Shown here: positions 27,082 to 34,305 of the stretch, piece by piece | How positions within the stretch are numbered: the first letter of the stretch is position 1 | Layout: each line of letters starts with the position of its first letter | Virus record (IMG/VR): IMGVR_UViG_3300033145_001781 | Span: 1-39,149 of that record | Direction: 5' to 3' (one strand) | From: a virus | Lineage: Duplodnaviria; Caudoviricetes | Length of the DNA: 39,149 nt | Notes under the pieces: model-generated | The model's input: only the letters and a program-made list of their open reading frames with translations | Told to the model about the DNA's origin: nothing | Database searches by the model: none | Translations under genes and position numbers: made by a program

Positions 27082-27549
27082 GTGAAAACCGATAAATCAA
27101 AATTGATGAAAGCCGCGTGGAAAATCGCTAGGAAAGCATCTGTGAGATTTGGAGGAACAGCCAGATCTTTTTTCTCCGAATCCTTGAAAACAGCATGGAC
27201 GATCAAAGAAAGCGAAAAATTACATACTATCGTAATGAAATTTGGTAATTGGGACACTAGACGATATGGAAAACCTTTCGCTTCAATCATTTCGTTGAAT
27301 AACGGAAGACCTGATTACGATCCTACTGGTTATTTCGTCGGTAAGATCAAAAAAAACAACGGCTCAGGTGAGATTATCATTCGCGAAGTAAGGACTGGAG
27401 CTATTGTAGCCTTCAGTCAAAAGGACATGAGATGGGGGTCATATCAGGAAAACAAATGGTATGAGGTGCAAGCAGACGGAAACCTGAAATATATCAGTAA
27501 GTCCGATGGGATCAAATGTCTCTATTTTGAGAAAAAAGATGATAACTAA
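27082..27549 (+). CDS. Early hypothetical two-module phage protein
   Basis: GTG start with GGAG RBS; N-terminal MKAAWKIARK...FGG...FSESLKTAW module plus RRYGKP...QKDMR module. Confidence 0.8.
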   Translation: MKTDKSKLMKAAWKIARKASVRFGGTARSFFSESLKTAWTIKESEKLHTIVMKFGNWDTRRYGKPFASIISLNNGRPDYDPTGYFVGKIKKNNGSGEIIIREVRTGAIVAFSQKDMRWGSYQENKWYEVQADGNLKYISKSDGIKCLYFEKKDDN

Positions 27550-27766
27550 AAATGATATACTCAAAGTTCAAACTATATCCGAATTGAACTCATTAATGGA
27601 TCGAGTTGCCAAAGAGCACAATTGTACGCTCGATGATTCACTTGATTACAAAGAAGAAGCGAAGATTTGTGAGAGAGAGGCGGATATCATAATGAGTCAA
27701 AGTTTATATGAATTATCGTATCTTCTAAGTGTCGCCGCTGATCGATTTGATGAATTGGATAAATAG
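27539..27766 (+). CDS. Early hypothetical acidic helical protein (start revised)
   Basis: In-frame ATG at 27539 overlapping the end of the previous gene. Confidence 0.65.
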   Translation: MITKNDILKVQTISELNSLMDRVAKEHNCTLDDSLDYKEEAKICEREADIIMSQSLYELSYLLSVAADRFDELDK

Positions 27767-27972
27767 TGAGAAAAAAGATGAATGATCTGAATTCCAACAA
27801 AACAACATTCAAGCACAACGGCAAAACCATAACGCTATTGCATGATGTTTTTGAAGGTCAACAAATTGATCGTACCAGGATTTTACATCATATAGGACTC
27901 ATCAAACGTTTAGACGCTGGTCATCTTACGCTCAATGGAGCAAAACAACGTTGGATGTCCGAAAGGAAATAA
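27766..27972 (+). CDS. Early hypothetical protein
   Basis: 68 aa ORF in the operon; alternative ATG at 27778. Confidence 0.65.
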   Translation: MRKKMNDLNSNKTTFKHNGKTITLLHDVFEGQQIDRTRILHHIGLIKRLDAGHLTLNGAKQRWMSERK

Positions 27973-28097
27973 ACAAGGAAAATCCCCCAGGCCACCTACC
28001 GGTTTGTCATCGGGAACGAATTTTCCGGTCCCTCGGCGGGTGGTTTGAATAATAAAATCAAACAATTTTTCAAAAACTGTAATTGAGAGATTTGAAT

Positions 28098-28601
28098 ATG
28101 AAAAATAAAGAATTGCAAATCGTTTTAAACTTACATTTAAAATGGTTAAAGGCTGAACTGAAAGGAACCTACGCAGACCTGAGCGGAGCAGACCTGAGCG
28201 GAGCAAACCTGAGACACGCAAACCTGAGACACGCAAACCTGAGACACGCAAACCTGAGACACGCAAACCTGAGACGCGCAAACCTGAGCGGAGCAGTCCT
28301 GATCGACGCAGACCTGAGCGGTGCAGACCTGAGCGGTGCAGACCTGAGTCACGCAAACCTGAGTCACGCAAACCTGAGCGGAGCAAACCTTGATTACGCG
28401 TGTTGGCCGTTGTGGTGTGGTTCTTTAAACGTTAAAGTAGATGATAGATTTGTTGCGCAATTAATCTATCATCTACTTTCGTTAGATATTTCTGAATGTA
28501 ATATCAATACCCAAAGCGCAATTAAGAATATTAAGTCATATTCTGGTATGAGAAATTCATTTGTTAATTATCGACCGGAACTTGAACGTATTAACAAGTA
28601 A
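28098..28601 (+). CDS. Pentapeptide repeat protein (start revised from 28083)
   Basis: A(D/N)LxG/H repeats encoded by 15-bp tandem repeats at about 28172-28390; C-terminal [13 protein letters not shown] cap. Confidence 0.92.
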   Translation: MKNKELQIVLNLHLKWLKAELKGTYADLSGADLSGANLRHANLRHANLRHANLRHANLRRANLSGAVLIDADLSGADLSGADLSHANLSHANLSGANLDYACWPLWCGSLNVKVDDRFVAQLIYHLLSLDISECNINTQSAIKNIKSYSGMRNSFVNYRPELERINK

Positions 28602-28636
28602 ATCTCCCGGATCGCCCGGTGGTTTGAAAATAATAC

Positions 28637-28740
28637 GGTGCAGTGGTGTAATGGGTAACACACGTTGTAGCTACTCATGGCGTTAATATAACGAATTGAG
28701 ATCGACGGATTCTGACTCGAAATCAGATTGCACAAACCCA
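28637..28740 (+). ncRNA. tRNA-like RNA with a 35-nt structured insert replacing the anticodon loop
   Basis: Acceptor GTGCAG/TTGCAC, T8-G9, D arm GTGT-AATGGGTA-ACAC, stem CGTTG/CGACG, T arm TCTGA-CTCGAAA-TCAGA, CCA at 28738-28740. Confidence 0.65.
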
Positions 28741-28756
28741 TTTGGTGAGAATAATT

Positions 28757-29368
28757 ATGAAAAAATTTGTCAAAAAATTAACTTCACTTTCTTTTGAAGA
28801 GCAGGCAGAAATTCATGAACCAACGGACGATGAACGCAAATATATGACTACTTTGTTGCGTCGTCAAATCGAATTAACTGAAAAAATCCACACGTATTAT
28901 GCTCATGTTCAAGTGCTGAATGCTGAATTGACAAAATTGCGTCGGGAAACAATCCCGAATTATGCGGAACAAATCGGTCAATTGGAATATAAATTGACTA
29001 CAGGTGAAATAGCATCAATCAAAAAAGAGATTGAAACCAACATTTCAAAAATCAACGAACCGGAAGCTTTCAAATTTTTGGAAAAATCCGGGGCCGGTTC
29101 GTTAATCAAAAACACTATTACGATCAATTATGATCGTACCGAAGATGACATTAAATCCCTGGAGAAAACCCAAAAATTGTTGAAAAAATTCGGCATCAAT
29201 TTCGATATTAAAAAATCGTTACACGGTGCTACTCTCAAAAAACACGTCAAAGAATGTCGGGAAAAGGGCATCCAATTGGACGAAAAGTTATTCGGCATCT
29301 TTGAGGTTAAGGATACTGTCATTAATGGGACAAAGTGTCCTAAAATTTCTAGTAAAGTACTCAAATAG
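28757..29368 (+). CDS. Conserved phage replication-module protein (start revised from 28742)
   Basis: TIPNY...AFKFLEKSGAGSLIKNTI...HGATLKKHVKE pattern often found next to phage SSB/polymerase genes. Confidence 0.75.
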   Translation: MKKFVKKLTSLSFEEQAEIHEPTDDERKYMTTLLRRQIELTEKIHTYYAHVQVLNAELTKLRRETIPNYAEQIGQLEYKLTTGEIASIKKEIETNISKINEPEAFKFLEKSGAGSLIKNTITINYDRTEDDIKSLEKTQKLLKKFGINFDIKKSLHGATLKKHVKECREKGIQLDEKLFGIFEVKDTVINGTKCPKISSKVLK

Positions 29369-29384
29369 AGGAGAATTAAAACAA

Positions 29385-30287
29385 GTGAAAAATTTTAAAA
29401 AAAAGGCTGGATTACCGGCCAAACGGCAATCGACCGAGTTGATTAACTACTCGTTTGAAGAACATGCCGGGGATGGATTTGAAAATTTCACTCCTGAAGA
29501 TAAACCGCGTGCCGCTTTGAAAATTGCGCAACCGCAAAGTTTTCAATGTCTCAAACAACACGAGAAATATATCGAAGGGATTGAACCGGGTATGATTTAT
29601 AGCACATCGGACAATCGTATCTTTTCTGGTAATGAAGAAAAGAAGAGGCTTTTAGTCATTATCGCTAAGTACGAACGGTGTGAAATTGAGTGGGAAGTGG
29701 GAACACGAGGTAAATTTCGAGGGAAACATCTTCCTGGGTCCGAGATTACCAAAGGGTTAAAATTGGTTGAAACAGAAGAAAACGGTAAAAAGAAAACGTC
29801 TCGAATTACTACCAACGGTACAGAGTTGGTTGATACCGCCGTTTATTACGCGTTGGCCTTTCTCGACGGATCGCCTGATCCAGTGGAGTTGACTATTGAT
29901 ATGAGTTCGACTCAGTGGACCACCGCCAAGGCGCTGAATGGGTACGCTGATGGTTTGCGTTGGCCAAAAAAAGATAATCCAAAACAAGGTTTCAAACCAC
30001 CGATTTTTGCCAACGTGTATCAACTTTACACGAAATTCACTGAAAATGAAAAAGGCGCTTGGTATATGTGGCAATACAAACCAATCACTAAACTGTTCAT
30101 TGATTCCGATGAAGACGGATATAATCCAAATCATTTGGGATATGTTCAAAAAACTATGGATTATTTGAAATTGATTGAATCCGGAACGTTGGGGTTCGAT
30201 TTCGAAAATTCGAAGGATGGTTTTGAGATTGACGATGAAGACACAAACGGGACTCGAGAGGCCTCCCCCAACCCAAGCGCCTTTTAA
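29385..30287 (+). CDS. Putative single-stranded DNA-binding protein (start revised to GTG 29385)
   Basis: RBS GAGGAG; LKIAQPQS, EWE...G.FRGKH, IDMSSTQ, PPIFANVY.L....ENEKGAWY; acidic tail ending in Phe. Confidence 0.65.
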   Translation: MKNFKKKAGLPAKRQSTELINYSFEEHAGDGFENFTPEDKPRAALKIAQPQSFQCLKQHEKYIEGIEPGMIYSTSDNRIFSGNEEKKRLLVIIAKYERCEIEWEVGTRGKFRGKHLPGSEITKGLKLVETEENGKKKTSRITTNGTELVDTAVYYALAFLDGSPDPVELTIDMSSTQWTTAKALNGYADGLRWPKKDNPKQGFKPPIFANVYQLYTKFTENEKGAWYMWQYKPITKLFIDSDEDGYNPNHLGYVQKTMDYLKLIESGTLGFDFENSKDGFEIDDEDTNGTREASPNPSAF

Positions 30288-30329
30288 TTTTCTCTCATTT
30301 CAAAAATCCTTAATATAAGGTGAAAAATT

Positions 30330-30890
30330 ATGACAAAAGCAGAAACGGTGATCTTAAAAGCCCTAAAAGAAATCGCTAAAATGATCAATAGTTGTGAGGC
30401 TATTGAGATCCCAACTGTAAAAATTCCCCCCAAATCCTCAATCGATGCGGCCTCAGTAATCATTGAGAGTGCCATTGAAGCTGGAATGGGTGGAATGGAT
30501 GATGTAGAGTTGTTTCCTGATGAAATTCTGGAAACAGCCAACGCAGTTAGTGACGAAATCGCCGAATATAAAAAATCATCTGAAGATGAAAGTCCGAAGA
30601 ATGATTCAATTACTGATGCTGAAATCATTGAAGTCGCACCAGTTGAAGGTGAAAACCCACAGCTGGATTCCGAGAATCCTGATCCATTCGCGTCTCAAGA
30701 AAATCAATCCAACGAACCGGCGTCAAAAGTCGAAAAGAAAAAAAGAGGTCCGAAAAAAAACTCCGCCAAAAAACCAGACAAAAACGAAAAAGATCGTTTA
30801 ATTGCTACGCTGTTCGCTCTTCTACCCTCGGCACAAGTCGACAATCTGAAATCTGATGACATGCGGGGTATTCTTAAAGCTATGCTGTAA
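30330..30890 (+). CDS. Hypothetical acidic/low-complexity protein
   Basis: 186 aa ORF with RBS AAGGTG. Confidence 0.75.
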   Translation: MTKAETVILKALKEIAKMINSCEAIEIPTVKIPPKSSIDAASVIIESAIEAGMGGMDDVELFPDEILETANAVSDEIAEYKKSSEDESPKNDSITDAEIIEVAPVEGENPQLDSENPDPFASQENQSNEPASKVEKKKRGPKKNSAKKPDKNEKDRLIATLFALLPSAQVDNLKSDDMRGILKAML

Positions 30891-30901
30891 GGAAGAAAAT
30901 C

Positions 30902-30939
30902 TCGACAATTAGACCTCTATATTATATAATATAGAGGTC
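30902..30939 (+). promoter_or_regulatory. Promoter overlapped by a perfect 28-bp palindrome
   Basis: TCGACA (30902) - 17 nt - TATAAT (30925); palindrome GACCTCTATATTAT/ATAATATAGAGGTC at 30912-30939. Confidence 0.7.
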
Positions 30940-30963
30940 ATAACTATATTAGGAGATTTTATC

Positions 30964-31143
30964 ATGAGAACAAAACGAGCTAAAGAGTTAAAAAGATTTG
31001 TTTCCTTTTTAAAAAAATGGAACCCGGATCGTACAGAAATCACACATAAGCATATAAAAAAAGCTTACAACGAAAACAAACCAATTCTTTTGAGGGATTT
31101 AAAAAAATGGAACCACACCTTAAAAAATCAACCCTTGAGATAA
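30964..31143 (+). CDS. Small basic protein (59 aa; below the ORF-track cutoff)
   Basis: RBS AGGAG; MRTKRAKELKRFVSFLKKWNPDRTEITHKHIKKAYNENK... Confidence 0.65.
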   Translation: MRTKRAKELKRFVSFLKKWNPDRTEITHKHIKKAYNENKPILLRDLKKWNHTLKNQPLR

Positions 31144-31370
31144 AATTGAGAGAATTATTCTCAAGAAAAGCTTTATATACCATCTATGATTTACGAGACT
31201 TGACCGGTGGTTATCAAGTTTCTTACATCTATACTAAAATTTCAGACCTACAACATCCTGTTCGTTGCGGTGATGCCGGTCGTTTGGAATTAAAACGCAT
31301 CATGTGTCGTGACGGAAAAAAACGTGTCGGAAGAGCTGATGCATTAACTAATTATACCCCCGAAAGGTAA
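31107..31370 (+). CDS. Small basic protein, possibly winged-helix DNA-binding
   Basis: LRELF...YTIYDLRDLTG...YIYTKISDL pattern. Confidence 0.55.
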   Translation: MEPHLKKSTLEIKLRELFSRKALYTIYDLRDLTGGYQVSYIYTKISDLQHPVRCGDAGRLELKRIMCRDGKKRVGRADALTNYTPER

Positions 31371-31374
31371 AAAA

Positions 31375-31581
31375 ATGGAATATGTAGATATAACATTGGA
31401 TATAAAACCCACAAATAGTAAAAAGGCAATTTTAGTGTCTGATGGATATACCGAATGTTGGTTACCATTATCACAAATCCAAAATGTTGAAGTTTTGACT
31501 TATGTTTTGGAAGACGGAACACCGGACACTTTGACTCTTACAATCCCAGAATGGTTGGCTAAAAAGAACGGATTGATATGA
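31375..31581 (+). CDS. Conserved small phage protein
   Basis: KAILVSDG...WLPLSQI...LTIPEWLAKKNGLI motif; overlaps the polymerase start. Confidence 0.8.
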   Translation: MEYVDITLDIKPTNSKKAILVSDGYTECWLPLSQIQNVEVLTYVLEDGTPDTLTLTIPEWLAKKNGLI

Positions 31582-33641
31582 AGAAATTCAAAAAAAAAAT
31601 GCCCGAATGGTTGATCGAAACACCATTCGAATTAGCACAACCGTTTCCGGGTAAAACCTGCATTGCTTATGATATAGAAGTTTTCCCTAACTTTTTCATG
31701 TGTATGGTGATCGGTCCTAAAAATATACCAATCGTCTATACGTTAGAAAATCTTGATCAGATGATAAGCGATCTATCGAATAAAAATCTGATCATGGTTG
31801 GATTCAATAATCTAGGCTATGATGACTATATAATGAAATATATTTTCATGGCTAAAACTACCGGACTCAGTACTAATCTACAAAGTGCTTTTCAGTCAAA
31901 CAAGGAAGATTTTCACGCACAAATGTTTTCTTTGAGCGGTAGCATTATCAATTCTCCCAATAAAAAACCCCAATGGTACTGGGATTTATGGAATTACTCT
32001 ACACCGTGGGGTTTTTCAATGGACGCGTTTTGCATCCCGGAAAAGAAAATGGGATTAAAAGAACGCGCGACTCAAAAACACGCTATATCAATCCAAGATC
32101 TACCCTACCCGTTTGATAGCAAACTCACAGAACCTCAAAAGAAAGAAGTGATTTCTTATTGCGAAAAGGACGTCCGCAATACAATCGTAGAATGGAATGA
32201 TGCACAACCGTATGTCGAAATGAGGCAAACTCTTTCCGGGATGTATCCTAATTCTAACATATTGAGCAAACCTAATCCCGGGGTTTGTGAAGAAATTATG
32301 ACAGTTGAATACTGTCAACGTTCTGGTCTCACCAAAAAATATATCAAATCTCAGATCAAAAAACCAGGAAAACGAATCAACATCAAGAATTGCATTCCAC
32401 AATGGGTTGAATTCGAAAGTCCGATTTTAAACAGCTATAAAAATCGATTAATTTCTCTGAGTGGTCGATTTTCAAGTAAAGCAGATTTAGAGGTCTTATC
32501 GGAAACTTTGGAATTAAAGGATGTAACGATTAACGTTGGTGCCGGTGGTTTACATTCTGTTGATAAACCCAGGATCATCGAGCCGACAGAAGATCAACTT
32601 CTTTTTGATTTAGATATTCAATCCTATTATATCGCTATCATTCGGACGTTTCGCCTTTTCCCTGAGCATCTATCAACGATTATTTTAGATATTCTGGAAA
32701 ATGTTGCAGACCTTAGGATTAAACATAAAAAGGAAGGTGACAAAAAAATCAGTGATGCATTGAAAGTGATTACACTATCCTATTTTGGTAAAACCGGGAA
32801 TGAATATTCTATACTTTTTGATGAACTCGTTCAGCTCCAAATTACTATTGGTGGTCAACTTTCCTTTTTAATGTTTATAGAGCAATTACTCAAATTTAAA
32901 ATCGAAGTTATCTCAGCAAATACGGACGGTGTATTGATCTTAGTCGATAAGAAAAAACGTTTCATCATCGAGAAAATTGCAAAAAAATGGCAAGCGAAAA
33001 CTGGTCTATTATTGGAACGAACTGACTATAAGAAATACATTGCAAGGGATGTAAACAATTACATAGCAGTTAAAATAGATGATCAAACTAAAGAAAAAGG
33101 AATCTTTCGAATAGAAAATAAAAAGAAGGGAATTAAAAAACTCAAAAATAAAGCGGAAATCCTACAGGACGCTTTGAGAGCGTATTTCATTGATGGAATT
33201 TCACCTGCTGATTACATTATGGAATGTGATGATCTTAGAAAATTTATTTTCTATTTTCATGTATCCCATTCTGGCGGCTGGTCTATGCATCATCGAAGAA
33301 TAACATCCGAAAATCAAATAAAAAAAGTCTCCATACAAGATACTTCCAGGTGGTATATCAGTAGAGGGATTAAGGAAACGAACAAAGGATCAAGACCTTT
33401 ATTGGATGTCGGTGACATAATGAAACGCGGCAAAATGACTCAGAAAGAACAAAAACAATATTGCAAAACTCATCAGACCACAGAACACCCTGATAACTGG
33501 ATGAAAGAGATACACGTCGAGAATGGCGTCAATTCAGTGATCATCAACGATCTTCTTGGGGAATTCCCAAAAGATCTATATAAATTGAATTATATTCTTT
33601 TAGTGAAAAAACGAATCAAGGAGATTGAGGATTATGTCTGA
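31578..33641 (+). CDS. Family B DNA polymerase with 3'-5' exonuclease
   Basis: Exo I YDIEV, Exo II GFNNLGYDD, Exo III YCEKDV; polymerase motifs DLDIQSYY, KVITLSYFGK, ANTDG, RDVNNY. Confidence 0.92.
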   Translation: MKKFKKKMPEWLIETPFELAQPFPGKTCIAYDIEVFPNFFMCMVIGPKNIPIVYTLENLDQMISDLSNKNLIMVGFNNLGYDDYIMKYIFMAKTTGLSTNLQSAFQSNKEDFHAQMFSLSGSIINSPNKKPQWYWDLWNYSTPWGFSMDAFCIPEKKMGLKERATQKHAISIQDLPYPFDSKLTEPQKKEVISYCEKDVRNTIVEWNDAQPYVEMRQTLSGMYPNSNILSKPNPGVCEEIMTVEYCQRSGLTKKYIKSQIKKPGKRINIKNCIPQWVEFESPILNSYKNRLISLSGRFSSKADLEVLSETLELKDVTINVGAGGLHSVDKPRIIEPTEDQLLFDLDIQSYYIAIIRTFRLFPEHLSTIILDILENVADLRIKHKKEGDKKISDALKVITLSYFGKTGNEYSILFDELVQLQITIGGQLSFLMFIEQLLKFKIEVISANTDGVLILVDKKKRFIIEKIAKKWQAKTGLLLERTDYKKYIARDVNNYIAVKIDDQTKEKGIFRIENKKKGIKKLKNKAEILQDALRAYFIDGISPADYIMECDDLRKFIFYFHVSHSGGWSMHHRRITSENQIKKVSIQDTSRWYISRGIKETNKGSRPLLDVGDIMKRGKMTQKEQKQYCKTHQTTEHPDNWMKEIHVENGVNSVIINDLLGEFPKDLYKLNYILLVKKRIKEIEDYV

Positions 33642-34074
33642 AAAAAAACTTAACGATTATCTGAAGGAGATATTAAAAGGAAAATGGGAAGCGCAACGCC
33701 TAGAGTCCCCTTTAACCAGTTCTGGCATACCTGATTGGGTGTATTCTCTGCCATCCGCTATGGGTTTCATTGAGGTTAAGTTCCTCAAAGCATGGCCTAA
33801 ACGCGAAGCAACCGGCATAAAGATTGATCATTTTACATCGGCACAAAAACGGTTTCTGTATTGTCATGGGAAAATGAGAGGAAAAGGTGCTTTCTTATTA
33901 TTACAGATAGGAGATGATATTATGCTTTTCCCCTGGCATACTGTGTATAAGATTGTAGGCAAAACACAATCTCAACTTAGGAAAATACACGTCTTTGGTT
34001 GGAAAAAATCAGAACGTAAATTCAGATCAGATCAGTTTAAACAAGATTTGATTCGTATTTTATCTAATCATTAA
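33634..34074 (+). CDS. PD-(D/E)xK nuclease (VRR-NUC / Holliday junction resolvase-like)
   Basis: MSEKKL...RLES...GIPD...FIEVK...AQKRF; RBS GAGGA before ATG 33634. Confidence 0.85.
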   Translation: MSEKKLNDYLKEILKGKWEAQRLESPLTSSGIPDWVYSLPSAMGFIEVKFLKAWPKREATGIKIDHFTSAQKRFLYCHGKMRGKGAFLLLQIGDDIMLFPWHTVYKIVGKTQSQLRKIHVFGWKKSERKFRSDQFKQDLIRILSNH

Positions 34075-34116
34075 AATGAAAAAATTCATCAAACATAAAT
34101 ACAAACAAAGGAAATA

Positions 34117-34305
34117 ATGAACAAAATAAGATTAAGAGCATATAAAATAATGAATCATGATCTCGTACCAGGAACAACTAAATACAAATGGTGGGTTAAA
34201 TATAGAACTGAAGAACAATTAAATATGTTAGAAAAACATCAACAAAACGAAATAACAGATGATGAATTATTAGAATATGCGAGAAACAATAGATATAAAT
34301 CATGA
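34117..34305 (+). CDS. Hypothetical protein inserted before the helicase
   Basis: 62 aa; RBS AAGGA; flanked by 31-bp direct repeats. Confidence 0.7.
   Translation: MNKIRLRAYKIMNHDLVPGTTKYKWWVKYRTEEQLNMLEKHQQNEITDDELLEYARNNRYKS

Noticed and set aside
27009-27095. Orphan RBS GAGGAG followed by an A12 tract and a short ATA-started frame (phase variation?)
   Set aside because: No ATG and only about 22 codons; most likely a gene remnant or homopolymer noise.
27910-28386. Minus-strand ORFs with SGLRR / QVCVS repeats
   Set aside because: Antisense shadows of the pentapeptide-repeat gene.
28637-28740. Functional canonical tRNA (e.g. Ser-GCT after intron removal) or attP site
   Set aside because: Removing the insert would leave A rather than U at position 33, there is no long Ser variable arm, the T loop and 1-72 pair deviate, and there is no integrase.
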